A stretch of 64,000 bases of DNA from Candidatus Enterousia sp. GTDB taxonomy: Bacteria > Pseudomonadota > Alphaproteobacteria > Rs-D84. Location: assembly GCA_045613785.1 (NCBI GenBank), contig JAZLBQ010000026.1, forward strand, positions 32,001-96,000, in the 5' to 3' direction. The position numbers and the translations under genes are program-made. Numbering within the stretch: position 1 is the stretch's first letter; each line of letters opens with the position of its first letter. The notes beneath the pieces were generated by a model. It was not told where the DNA came from. It did no database searches and saw only the letters and a program-made list of their open reading frames with translations. Shown here piece by piece: positions 40,395-50,458 of the stretch.

Positions 40395-41215
40395 CTGTAT
40401 TCATTTTGTGGTGTATCAAATTTCAATATTAAAACACGAGATAATTTATCGTGTGCGACAACATCAACATCGACACTGTCAATCATTTCACCGATAATTA
40501 AACCTGCTGGCAAAACCCCTGAAATATTACTAGAAACCAGTTTTATCCCTTTTGAAGGTTGGAATTCTGGGTCGCTAAAAAATCCCATTGTAGGATTATT
40601 TGAACCATTACCGGTCATAAACCCATAGACTTCTGACCCGACGACCCGAACGGCGATATTTGTATCGGCATCAGTCAAGGCTCTTACACGGGCGAAGTTT
40701 TCAGCCACATCGATTACGATACCGACTAAATGCATATCTGTTGTTGCGACTGCCATGCCACTTTCCAGTCCATCACGAATACCCCGATTTATGATAAAGG
40801 TGTTATGACCCAGGACACTGTTGTCATGGATAACATCAGCGATAACAGTATCTCTTGGTTGTGCATTGACGATATTTAACTCGTCATTTAGTTTTTTATT
40901 TTCTGCCAATGCGATATCGCACAAATTTTTATTGATTGTTGCGGCATCAAGTTTTGCTCTCAGTTCTTCATTTTCGGCACGCAGGTTTGACAGTTCTGCG
41001 ACATTATCGATTGTTCCCCCGACGACCCGAATAGGCCATGTAATAATATCACCTACGACTTGTGCGACAGGGACGACGATATGTCCCAGTGCGTTCATTA
41101 TTGCATAATCGGGTTTAGCGATCATAATATAGATGAACAGCACAGGCAGCACTGCCGCTGTTGCGACTGCCTTGGCCAGTGGATATAATTTGGAAGTGAC
41201 ATTATTTTTTTTCAT
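40391..41215 (-). CDS. mreC: Rod shape-determining protein MreC
   Basis: TM segment, coiled coil LRAENEEL, INRG..G, SGVLPAGLIIG. Confidence 0.92.
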   Translation of the reverse strand: MKKNNVTSKLYPLAKAVATAAVLPVLFIYIMIAKPDYAIMNALGHIVVPVAQVVGDIITWPIRVVGGTIDNVAELSNLRAENEELRAKLDAATINKNLCDIALAENKKLNDELNIVNAQPRDTVIADVIHDNSVLGHNTFIINRGIRDGLESGMAVATTDMHLVGIVIDVAENFARVRALTDADTNIAVRVVGSEVYGFMTGNGSNNPTMGFFSDPEFQPSKGIKLVSSNISGVLPAGLIIGEMIDSVDVDVVAHDKLSRVLILKFDTPQNEYR

Positions 41216-41354
41216 CGCCTGCTACTTTAATCCTAAAAAGTCAGATATTCAATAAAAACTTGATTTTTGAAATAAATATGGCACAATTGGGCTGGTCAAA
41301 GTGGCAGGCATTGCCACCAGACCAAGAACTATCTAGAAAATAAAAGGATATAAA

Positions 41355-41558
41355 ATGCCAAAATTAAAGACAAAGTCGTACTTAAAGAAACGTGCGTCTA
41401 TGACCGCAACCGGCAAAATCCGTGTTGCCCGCAACTCTCACAAGAAACTGTTGCGTAAGAAATCTGCCCGTGCGAACAAAGCGGGTGCAAAACCACAGTA
41501 TCTGAATGAAAATATGGTTGGACAGGCAAAAATCCTGGCACCATATGGGTTGAAATAA
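41355..41558 (+). CDS. rpmI: 50S ribosomal protein L35
   Basis: MPKLKTKS..KKR..TATGK; precedes rplT. Confidence 0.93.
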   Translation: MPKLKTKSYLKKRASMTATGKIRVARNSHKKLLRKKSARANKAGAKPQYLNENMVGQAKILAPYGLK

Positions 41559-41576
41559 GCAAGGGGGTAACAGGTC

Positions 41577-41945
41577 ATGGCAAGAGTAAAACGTGGAACA
41601 ACCGTAAAACAAAAGCACAATAAAATATTGGCACGTGCCAAGGGTTATTTGGGTCGTCATCATTCTACATACCGTGCGGCCCGTGAAAAGACAGAAAAGG
41701 CAGGACAGTATGCATACCGTGATCGTCGCGTTAAAAAGCGTGAATTTCGTGGTTTGTGGATTGTTCGTATCAATGCCGCTGTCCGTGCAAATGGTATGAC
41801 TTACAGCCAGTTTATGAACGGCTTGAAAAAAGCTGGTGTTGCTTTGGATCGTAAAGTATTGGCAGAAATGGCATATGCTGGTGATGCAAACTTCACAAAA
41901 TTGGTTGACACAGCGAAACGATTTATCAACGCCGAAAGTAAATAA
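41577..41945 (+). CDS. rplT: 50S ribosomal protein L20
   Basis: [31 protein letters not shown]. Confidence 0.98.
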   Translation: MARVKRGTTVKQKHNKILARAKGYLGRHHSTYRAAREKTEKAGQYAYRDRRVKKREFRGLWIVRINAAVRANGMTYSQFMNGLKKAGVALDRKVLAEMAYAGDANFTKLVDTAKRFINAESK

Positions 41946-42024
41946 TACCTTGTCGGCGGGGTATCTGTTTTGTAATAATAAAGCCGTCGTTTGACGGCTT
42001 TTTAATTTTGATTGGGGTAAAGTT

Positions 42025-42972
42025 ATGCACGAACAAATAAAGAACATAAATACACTAGAAGAATTGCAATCGCTGTATTCTGCAACATTTGGAAAAAATG
42101 GCACGATGACAATGCGATTAAAAGAAATGAAGAATTTGGACAATGAAGCCCGTGCGGCACTAAACAGTGAAAACACAGCGTTGCGTGAATTGTTCAAAAC
42201 ACGTCAAAGTGAAATTGAAAATGCGGTCTTGATGGCAGGTCTGCAAAAGCAACGCCTGGATATGTCGTTAAATCCATTACCTGAGAACACGGGGACAATC
42301 CATCCGCTGACACAAAGTCTGTCTGAAATTGCAGAAATATTAGAATCATTTGGTTATAAAATGTTCACTGGCCCAGAAATCGAAGACGACTGGCATAATT
42401 TTACAGCATTAAACACACCATTGCATCACCCTGCCCGTGATATGCAAGACAGTTTCTTCTTGGAAAACGGGAATGTTTTACGCACTCAGACATCTGCGAT
42501 ACAAATACGTGCAATGGAATCAGACGGTGTTCCAATCAAGATGTTTGGTGTTGGTTCGACATACCGCAAAGAATGGGACGCAACCCATGGTCCAATGTTT
42601 GGTCAAATCGAAGGTTTATATGTTGATAAGAATATAACTATGTCAGATTTGTTGGCAGATGTTCGTGCATTTTTATCACGCTTTTTTGGAATTGAAAATG
42701 TTGAGTTGCGTATTCGACCATCATTTTTTCCTTTCACAGATCCGTCTATTGAAATTGATATGAAATGGCGTGGTGATAAGTGGCTGGAATTGATGGGTGC
42801 AGGTATGGTTCACCCGAACGTTTTGCGTAATTGTGGCATTGACCCTGATGAATACCAAGGTTTTGCATTTGGTTTTGGTTGGGATCGTCTTGCGATGTTG
42901 AAATACAATTTACCAGACTTGCGTGATTTGTATAACAATGACGTTCGTTGGTTAAAATCGGCTGGCTTTTAA
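42025..42972 (+). CDS. pheS: Phenylalanine--tRNA ligase alpha subunit
   Basis: HPARDMQDSF, RPSFFPFTDPS, GFAFGFG. Confidence 0.96.
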   Translation: MHEQIKNINTLEELQSLYSATFGKNGTMTMRLKEMKNLDNEARAALNSENTALRELFKTRQSEIENAVLMAGLQKQRLDMSLNPLPENTGTIHPLTQSLSEIAEILESFGYKMFTGPEIEDDWHNFTALNTPLHHPARDMQDSFFLENGNVLRTQTSAIQIRAMESDGVPIKMFGVGSTYRKEWDATHGPMFGQIEGLYVDKNITMSDLLADVRAFLSRFFGIENVELRIRPSFFPFTDPSIEIDMKWRGDKWLELMGAGMVHPNVLRNCGIDPDEYQGFAFGFGWDRLAMLKYNLPDLRDLYNNDVRWLKSAGF

Positions 42973-42987
42973 TACGGGGGTATAATT

Positions 42988-45294
42988 ATGAAATGGACTT
43001 ATGATTGGCTGACAGAATATTTAGAAACGACGGCATCTGCAAAAGATGTTGCTGACACGCTTACCCGTATTGGTCTGGAAATAGAAGACGTTCAATCTCC
43101 TATTTCACCGATTGCCGCCCGCATTGTTGAATGCAAGGCTCACGAAAACAGCGACCACTTGCATGTTTTAATGGTTGATGATGGAACTGATACATTTCGT
43201 CAGGTTGTATGTGGTGCACCGAACGCTCGTGTTGGTTTGATATCTGCCTTGGCAGTGCCAGGTTGTGTGATTGGTGGCCACGAAATAACATCTGGCAAAT
43301 TGCGTGGTGTTCTATCGAATGGTATGATGTGTTCTGCACTGGAATTAGGAATTGGCGACGACCACAGTGGAATAATTGAATTACCAACTGACACAAAAAT
43401 TGGTTCTGCTGTTCTGGAAACAAAAACAGTATTTGACGCAGGCATTACACCGAACAGACCTGATTATTTATCTGTTCGTGGCATTGCACGTGATTTATCT
43501 GCGGCAGGTCTTGGGAAGTATATTGCACCATCTGACAGTGCGTTTGAAATTGTTTCTGGCGATCGTCAGGTTATTTTACAGACAGATAAATGTCGTGCGT
43601 ATAAAATGATAGAAATTCACGATATAACTGTGAATCAAAGCGACAAGAAAATTTCATCACGTTTGGCAGCGATTGGAATCAATCCAAAGAACGCCCCTGT
43701 TGATGCGACCAATTATATCTGTTATGACATGGCACAACCGATGCATTGCTTTGACGCAGATGAAATCCATGGTGATATAGTTGTCCGCCAGGCGACCAGT
43801 GGTGAAAAATTCACAGACTTGTTTGGCAACGAACACCAATTACAAGAAACAGATATGGTAATTGCCGACAGCGAAGGTATTTTGGCACTGGCTGGTGTGA
43901 TTGGTGGTGCACGTGGTGCAACAACGGAAAGCACAAAAAACATAATCCTAGAATCAGCATATTTTGATTCTGTATCTGTCCGCAAGACTGCAAAACGTTT
44001 GGGGATTTCTACGGATGCGTCATACCGCTATGAACGTGGCATAGACCCGACAATAACAGGTTCTGCTGCAATGTGTGCTGCAAAAATTATTATGTCATCT
44101 TGTGGTGGTAAAATTGTTGGCACATTTGCTGCTGGTGATGATTCTGCACCAAATAAGCAAATAAAATACAATCCAAATTACTTTACTAAAAAGACGGGTT
44201 TTGACATTGCCCAAGATATCCAGCGTGATATTCTGGTTGCATTAGGTTATGGTGTTGATTATTCAAATTCATCACAATGGATTTTGACTGTTCCACCATT
44301 TCGTGTTGATGTAGAAATACCTGAAACAGTTGTTGCAGATTTATTGCGTATTCACGGCTATGACAAGATTGCTCAGTCAACCAATCACACGCATGGCGAA
44401 ATCTGTCATCACGACAACCATGAAATGAATATCAAAAGATTATTGTCATCACGTGGTTTAAATGAGTGTCGTTCATTTGGATTTGGTAATCTGTCAACAG
44501 AACAATTGTTGTCTGACAAGCCAAACATTAAAATATCAAATCCGATTACATCAGACTATGACACGATGCGAAATGGTTTGATGTTTGGTTTATTACAGGC
44601 GGTATCAAATAATGAAAAGCGTGGATTTGCTGATTTGAATTTATTTGAATTGGGGACAGTATTTGATGGTGATGCACCGACCCAGCAACACACATCTGTC
44701 TGCATTGTTCGCACAGGTTCCATTTCGCCAAAGCATTGGACAGGCCGTAATCGTGATGTAGATGTATATGATGTAAAATCAGATCTTATTGCATTATTAC
44801 AAGGTCAGCGTTTTACAATCTCGACAGAGGACGCACCACGTTGGGCACATCCATACCGCTATGCAGCGATTATGCAAGGTAAAAAGAAACTGGCTGAATT
44901 TGGCGAATTGCATCCATCTGTTGCAAAACAGTTGCGTATAAAAACACGAGTTGTTATAGCAAACGTTGATGATATAAAGAATATCCCTGCAAAGCGTGGT
45001 GGCAAACAACCATCTTTGTCAGATTTTCAGCCAATCACCCGTGATTTTGCATTTATAGTTGATGTGGACACGCCTGCTGAAAAGCTGACCAGTGTTGCTA
45101 GATCTGTAGATTCACGAATAACAGACATTGTTGTTTTTGATGCATTTGACATGAAAGACGGCAATAAATCGATAGCATTCACGATAACGTATCAACCAAC
45201 AGAGAACGTATCGGAAACAGATTTGCAAAAATTGCAAACATCGATAATAGAAACTGTTGAAAAAAAGTGTAATGCCCGAATACGTGACAAATAA
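42988..45294 (+). CDS. pheT: Phenylalanine--tRNA ligase beta subunit
   Basis: VCGAPN, ITPNRPDYLSVRGIARD, SYRYERGID, RDFAF. Confidence 0.96.
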   Translation: MKWTYDWLTEYLETTASAKDVADTLTRIGLEIEDVQSPISPIAARIVECKAHENSDHLHVLMVDDGTDTFRQVVCGAPNARVGLISALAVPGCVIGGHEITSGKLRGVLSNGMMCSALELGIGDDHSGIIELPTDTKIGSAVLETKTVFDAGITPNRPDYLSVRGIARDLSAAGLGKYIAPSDSAFEIVSGDRQVILQTDKCRAYKMIEIHDITVNQSDKKISSRLAAIGINPKNAPVDATNYICYDMAQPMHCFDADEIHGDIVVRQATSGEKFTDLFGNEHQLQETDMVIADSEGILALAGVIGGARGATTESTKNIILESAYFDSVSVRKTAKRLGISTDASYRYERGIDPTITGSAAMCAAKIIMSSCGGKIVGTFAAGDDSAPNKQIKYNPNYFTKKTGFDIAQDIQRDILVALGYGVDYSNSSQWILTVPPFRVDVEIPETVVADLLRIHGYDKIAQSTNHTHGEICHHDNHEMNIKRLLSSRGLNECRSFGFGNLSTEQLLSDKPNIKISNPITSDYDTMRNGLMFGLLQAVSNNEKRGFADLNLFELGTVFDGDAPTQQHTSVCIVRTGSISPKHWTGRNRDVDVYDVKSDLIALLQGQRFTISTEDAPRWAHPYRYAAIMQGKKKLAEFGELHPSVAKQLRIKTRVVIANVDDIKNIPAKRGGKQPSLSDFQPITRDFAFIVDVDTPAEKLTSVARSVDSRITDIVVFDAFDMKDGNKSIAFTITYQPTENVSETDLQKLQTSIIETVEKKCNARIRDK

Positions 45295-45317
45295 AAAATC
45301 CCCGAAAGGGGATTTTT
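45293..45317. terminator. Bidirectional terminator between pheT and tRNA-Thr
   Basis: AAAAATCCCC-gaaa-GGGGATTTTT. Confidence 0.8.
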
Positions 45318-45324
45318 ATATTTC

Positions 45325-45400
45325 TGGTGCCGGTGATAGGACTTGAACCTACGACCCCCTCATTACGAATGAGATGCTCTACCAACTGAGCTACACCGGC
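45325..45400 (-). tRNA. tRNA-Thr(CGT)
   Basis: Reverse complement GCCGGTGTAGCTCAGTTGGTAGAGCATCTCATTCGTAATGAG...CACCGGCACCA. Confidence 0.96.
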
Positions 45401-45496
45401 GAACGAAGAAAACTATAATGTATTCGAAAAATAAATTCCAGTGTTTTTTATCCTGGAAAAAAACATATAAAAAAACCGGTGTTTACCGGTAATTTT

Positions 45497-47164
45497 TTAT
45501 GCTTTTAATTTTCGCATTACAACCATAATACCTGCTGGTGTCATACCTGGTATTCTTGACAGGTCTGCGACATTTTCTGGTCTTGTTGCATTTAACTTTT
45601 CGACCAGTTCATTTGTCAGTCCTGGCAAACCGTCATAGACAAAATTCAACGGGATTTTCATTTCTGCATCACGTTTATACGCAGCGATTTCACGTTCATT
45701 TCGTGCAATATATCCTGCATACATTTTGTCATTTTCTGCAACTATTTTTCCGACTTGATTCATTCTGGAATCGAATTCCGCACATGTCATCAATCCGAAT
45801 TCGCACGCCATATTTCCCAGACGTTTTATCGCATTATCAGCCCGCAAGTGCAATCTGTATTCTGCACGAGATGTAAACATACGATATGGTTCATCAACCC
45901 CCAGTGTTGTAATATCGTCAATCATAACACCAATCATTGCATTAGTTCTGTCCAGTTCCAGATATTTCTTACCCAATGCAAAAGCGGCAGCATTTACCCC
46001 TGCAACCAAGCCCTGTGCAGCGGCTTCTTCATACCCAGAAGTTCCATTGATTTGTCCTGCAAAGAACAATCCATTATAGTCTTTGGATTGCAGTTTTGCA
46101 TTCAAAGCCCGTGCATCAATAGCGTCATATTCGATTGCATATCCATACCGAATAATTTCAGCATTTTCCAGACCTGGAATTGTCCGAATCCATTTGTCTT
46201 GAACGTCTTTACCGAAACTGGTTGAAATCCCATTAGGATAAATCAGTTCACTGTTATAACCTTCTGGCTCTAAAAATACGTGATGCGTTTTATGTTCTGG
46301 GAAACGCATAACTTTATCTTCCAGACTTGGGCAATACCGTGGGCCTGTTCCAGTAATATCGCCGTTATACATTGGTGCGTCAGAAATATTTTTACGAATA
46401 ATATCGTGTGTTTCTTCATTAGTATGCGTAATAAAGCAAACGTTTTCTTTATTTGTATTTCTATAAGCCTGATTTTCTACATCCAACGAAAACCAGTCGT
46501 GTGGATTATCCCCAGGTTGCACTTCGCAAACATCCAGGTTTATCGAAGACCGTAAAATTCGTGCAGGCGTTCCTGTTTTCAAACGCAGAATTTTAAAACC
46601 TAAGCTTTGCAAGAACTGTGATGTTTTTGAATCATTTTCTTGGTAAGTTCCATCATCTTGCAATCGGCCTGATGGAATTTTTTCACTGCCACGTGTAACC
46701 ACGCCGCCCAAGAAGGTTCCTGTTGTAAACACGATTGCATTTGCAAAGTATTTATCGTTTATTGATTTTTCGATTGCGTTGATACTTTCAACTTTTTCAA
46801 AGATAACCCGAACACCAGTTTCGTTTAGAATATCAACAATTGCATTGTGATACATATCCCTGTCAATTTGTGCACGCAGTGCCTGGGTTGCAGGTCCATG
46901 TGTTGCATTTAATGTTCGCCAGTGGATACCTGCCCTATCTGCGGCTCGAGGCATTACGCCACCAAATACGTCCATTTCTGCAATCATTTGTGATTTGCCG
47001 GGGCCACCAATACTAGGGTTGCATGACATAGCCCCTAAATCTGAATCTGCCAGCGTAATCAGTGCAACATTTGCACCATAATGCTTGGCAGCGACAGCTG
47101 CTTCGACTCCGGCATGTCCACCACCAATAACGATAACATCAAAGTGTTCTGATTTTTGCACCAT
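45497..47164 (-). CDS. mnmG: tRNA uridine 5-carboxymethylaminomethyl modification enzyme
   Basis: GGGHAGVEAA, MSCNPSIGG, RLKTGTP, GPRYCPSLEDK, YRMFTSRAEYRL. Confidence 0.97.
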   Translation of the reverse strand: MVQKSEHFDVIVIGGGHAGVEAAVAAKHYGANVALITLADSDLGAMSCNPSIGGPGKSQMIAEMDVFGGVMPRAADRAGIHWRTLNATHGPATQALRAQIDRDMYHNAIVDILNETGVRVIFEKVESINAIEKSINDKYFANAIVFTTGTFLGGVVTRGSEKIPSGRLQDDGTYQENDSKTSQFLQSLGFKILRLKTGTPARILRSSINLDVCEVQPGDNPHDWFSLDVENQAYRNTNKENVCFITHTNEETHDIIRKNISDAPMYNGDITGTGPRYCPSLEDKVMRFPEHKTHHVFLEPEGYNSELIYPNGISTSFGKDVQDKWIRTIPGLENAEIIRYGYAIEYDAIDARALNAKLQSKDYNGLFFAGQINGTSGYEEAAAQGLVAGVNAAAFALGKKYLELDRTNAMIGVMIDDITTLGVDEPYRMFTSRAEYRLHLRADNAIKRLGNMACEFGLMTCAEFDSRMNQVGKIVAENDKMYAGYIARNEREIAAYKRDAEMKIPLNFVYDGLPGLTNELVEKLNATRPENVADLSRIPGMTPAGIMVVMRKLKA

Positions 47165-47892
47165 TAAAAACGTCCCATACCACCATTTACGTGTAAAGTC
47201 TGACCATTGATATATGCGGCCTCATCAGAAGCCAAGAAGACACAAGCATTTGCGATATCTTCTGGTTCGCCAAATCGTCCTGCTGGGATTTGTGCCAGAT
47301 AATTTTTCTTTAATTCTTCCGGCAAAACATCAGTCATAGGTGTTTTGATAAAACCTGGTGCGATTGCATTTGCTGTGATACCACGAGATGCAACCTCGGC
47401 TGCGATTGATTTTGTCATTGCGATCATACCGCCTTTTGATGCGGCATAGTTTGCCTGACCTGGTCCACCGATTGTTCCGATTATCGAAGCCATATTGATA
47501 ATGCGTCCAAATCTGTTTTTCATCATCGGCATGATTGCGGCCCGACACATTTTGAAACAAGACCGCAAATTAGTATTGATAACATCATCGAATTGTTCAT
47601 CAGTCATACGCATCAACAAAGTATCTTTTGTAATACCGGCGTTATTTACCAGGATATCGATTTTACCGGCTTTTTCGATTGTATTCATAATCAATTCAAC
47701 GGCACCGCCTTCTTGGGCTAAATCCGCAGGGATTTTGATAAAATCATCACCGAACTCGGCGTTCATTTTAGCGATATTTCGACCTGAAACAACAACAGTT
47801 GCCCCTGCTTCCTTCATTTTTTTTGCGATTGCGACCCCGATACCACCTGTTGCCCCTGTAATAAGAGCGACTTTTCCTGTTAAATCAAACAT
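47164..47892 (-). CDS. fabG: 3-oxoacyl-ACP reductase
   Basis: TGATGGIG, NNAGITKD, YAASK. Confidence 0.95.
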   Translation of the reverse strand: MFDLTGKVALITGATGGIGVAIAKKMKEAGATVVVSGRNIAKMNAEFGDDFIKIPADLAQEGGAVELIMNTIEKAGKIDILVNNAGITKDTLLMRMTDEQFDDVINTNLRSCFKMCRAAIMPMMKNRFGRIINMASIIGTIGGPGQANYAASKGGMIAMTKSIAAEVASRGITANAIAPGFIKTPMTDVLPEELKKNYLAQIPAGRFGEPEDIANACVFLASDEAAYINGQTLHVNGGMGRF

Positions 47893-47894
47893 GA

Positions 47895-48770
47895 TTATAT
47901 CTCCAACTTTTTTGCGGTTATTTTATCAGTAATTCTTGAACACAGACCTGTCAAGACATTACCAGGTCCAACTTCTATTTGTTCTGTGATACCTAAGTCT
48001 GCCATATTCAGCACAGATTCACGCCAGCGAACACCATTAGTAATTTGATAAACTAAAGCATCTTTGATTTCATTTATATCTGTCATTGGTTGGCAAGTTT
48101 TATTAGAAATCATCGGCACTGACAGCGAATTAAATTGAACAGATTCCAAAGCGGCTTTCATTTGTTCGGCTGCTGATTTCTGTGCACGGCAATGCACAGG
48201 CACAGACAACGCCAACGGCATTGCACGTTTTGCCCCTGCGTCTTTTGCGGCGGCAATAGTTTCTTCTACTACATCTTTAAGTCCTGAAATAACAACCTGA
48301 CCTGGACAGTTATCATTTGCCACATCGCAATTAGTTTTTGCACAAATTTCACGCACAGTATCAATATCCAGTCCCAGAATCACAGCGGTTAAACCATCAC
48401 CAACCGGGACAGCATTTTGCATTGCATTACCACGAACACGCAACAGTTTTGCAGCGTCTCCCACAGACAATGCACCTGCTGCACACAGGGCAGTATATTC
48501 GCCCAAACTATGTCCTGCAACATATTCAGGCAATGCCACCCCACTTGCACGTAGCATTGCGATACTAGTTGCCATAATTGCTGGCTGAACATTTGCGGTC
48601 AGTGTCAGTTCATCAGCAGGCCCATTAAAAATAATATCCGACAGTTTTTGATTTAACGCATCGTCAACCTCGTCAAAGACGGCACGTGCCGCTGCATTAT
48701 TTTCGTATAAATCTTTGCCCATACCAACGCTTTGTGCACCTTGACCTGGGAAAACAAAAACAGAAGCCAT
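47895..48770 (-). CDS. fabD: Malonyl-CoA-ACP transacylase
   Basis: FPGQGAQ, GHSLGEY, EVGPG. Confidence 0.96.
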   Translation of the reverse strand: MASVFVFPGQGAQSVGMGKDLYENNAAARAVFDEVDDALNQKLSDIIFNGPADELTLTANVQPAIMATSIAMLRASGVALPEYVAGHSLGEYTALCAAGALSVGDAAKLLRVRGNAMQNAVPVGDGLTAVILGLDIDTVREICAKTNCDVANDNCPGQVVISGLKDVVEETIAAAKDAGAKRAMPLALSVPVHCRAQKSAAEQMKAALESVQFNSLSVPMISNKTCQPMTDINEIKDALVYQITNGVRWRESVLNMADLGITEQIEVGPGNVLTGLCSRITDKITAKKLEI

Positions 48771-48799
48771 ATAAAATCCTTTTGTTCAAGACCCTTAAA

Positions 48800-49345
48800 T
48801 TATAGTTTTCTAATTGAAAACTCGCAACCACAATAATTTTGCCGATAAAAATCAGATTCACGATTTATCTGGACACGCAGATTTTCGTCCCATTTAATTT
48901 TTAGATATTGAATATTATTGCAATTTTTTTCGGCAGCCACATCTACTTGGGTCTGACTTTTATGTCGTGAAACGCCCAGCACGCTTGCGATTGCGTTATA
49001 GCCATTTTGTTGTGCGAATTGAACGGCTCTGTGGAAACGATATTCAAAGCACACAGAACATCTTGCACCACGTTCAGGTTCATTTTCCAGACCCATAACA
49101 GCCTTTCGCCAAGCATCATGGTCGTATTCAAGAACTGCATATTTCGCACCAACACTTTCACAGTATTTAATCTGCTCGTTCATACGTTTAGTGTATTCAG
49201 ATTCTGGAAAGATATTAGGGTTAAAGAATAAGACAATAAAATCATCAATATTATCAACAGCGTTTTGGGTCAGTTGCCTAATTGCCCCCGCTGAACACGG
49301 TGCACAACAAGACAACAAAACCAAACGCAATTTATTATCGGACAT
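48800..49345 (-). CDS. queH: Epoxyqueuosine reductase QueH
   Basis: CCAPCS, NPNI, ERGARCSVC, YRQNYCGC. Confidence 0.92.
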   Translation of the reverse strand: MSDNKLRLVLLSCCAPCSAGAIRQLTQNAVDNIDDFIVLFFNPNIFPESEYTKRMNEQIKYCESVGAKYAVLEYDHDAWRKAVMGLENEPERGARCSVCFEYRFHRAVQFAQQNGYNAIASVLGVSRHKSQTQVDVAAEKNCNNIQYLKIKWDENLRVQINRESDFYRQNYCGCEFSIRKL

Positions 49346-49889
49346 TTTGCAAAAATTTTGCCAATATTTCAGGCATTTTACCAGTTGTTGCTGGGTAAAC
49401 CTGATTCATATTATTGTTTACAACGATATCGTTATTATCTAATTCGTGCCAAAAAACAGTTATAGAAACTGGGATTGGGCGTGGTGCTGCCAAAGAGCCT
49501 GGCATTCTCAGACCGATGCTATGCTGTGTATGAGAACCAGTCTTGATTGCAGGAGCGTTCATATTTCTATCATTTATCGCTGGTGAAAATTTTGCACCTG
49601 GATTTGCACGTTTAATATTTTTTGCATTTGTGATTTCATCTGCGACCCACAAAGGCAAAGTTTCTGTTTCAATAACATGTGTTGTGAAATTAGTTTTCAA
49701 ATCATAGTTTTCAACAGTTCTGATAATTTCAATTTTATAAATATCTGGACGACTTGCATTTGCAGACAAAATCTTTTTCATATCATGAATACTTTTGAAA
49801 TCACCATTTGCCATAAATTTTTTACCGTGCAAACGCAGTGTCCAAACTTCACGTGTTCCAATATTTTTTTTATCAAATTTATTTTCCAT
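49335..49889 (-). CDS. Hypothetical protein (paralog A)
   Basis: Shares YKIE and C-terminal NDxV...Q.YP..TGK.P motifs with its neighbour. Confidence 0.7.
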   Translation of the reverse strand: MENKFDKKNIGTREVWTLRLHGKKFMANGDFKSIHDMKKILSANASRPDIYKIEIIRTVENYDLKTNFTTHVIETETLPLWVADEITNAKNIKRANPGAKFSPAINDRNMNAPAIKTGSHTQHSIGLRMPGSLAAPRPIPVSITVFWHELDNNDIVVNNNMNQVYPATTGKMPEILAKFLQNVR

Positions 49890-49930
49890 CTACTTTTCCT
49901 TTTACTTTTTACCATACATTCCGCTAGGTA

Positions 49931-50446
49931 TTATCGTGTTTTACGTATTATTCTGGATAACACCATTGGGATTTTACCCGTATTTTCCGGATAAATCTGC
50001 TTTAAATTTCTGTCTAAAACAACGTCATTATCAGACAGAGTATGAAGATAATCATCACCAGGAATCAAAAGATTTGTTGGTGCTTGATTACTCATTATAA
50101 CATTTTTACTTTGAATATATCGCTTGCCTTTCGTAATTGCAATTTTTTTGCCACTGGCAGTTTCTGTATATTCGATTTTATCTGCAATCCAGTATTGTTG
50201 AGTTAGCTGTTTTTTGATTGTTTCAAAAACATTTTTTTTGATTATCTGCTTTTCTGTGGTTTTTACCAGTTCTATTTTATATGCATCTGAAAAGCGTTCT
50301 AAATAATCCGAAACATCATGCACGTTTTTAACAATGCCTGCCACGATATGCTCTGCTGTATAAACGTTTATCCTGCAACCTTCTTTTGCATCATCTGTAA
50401 AATCACGAAACAAAGCATACTCACTTAAATCAATTTGACCAGCCAT
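49931..50446 (-). CDS. Hypothetical protein (paralog B)
   Basis: HTLSDNDVVLDRNLKQIYPENTGKIP versus HELDNNDIVVNNNMNQVYPATTGKMP in paralog A. Confidence 0.7.
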   Translation of the reverse strand: MAGQIDLSEYALFRDFTDDAKEGCRINVYTAEHIVAGIVKNVHDVSDYLERFSDAYKIELVKTTEKQIIKKNVFETIKKQLTQQYWIADKIEYTETASGKKIAITKGKRYIQSKNVIMSNQAPTNLLIPGDDYLHTLSDNDVVLDRNLKQIYPENTGKIPMVLSRIIRKTR

Positions 50447-50458
50447 AAACAATTACCT

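Noticed and set aside
41382-42197. 271-aa minus-strand ORF
   Set aside because: Antisense shadow of rpmI-rplT-pheS with no recognisable motifs.
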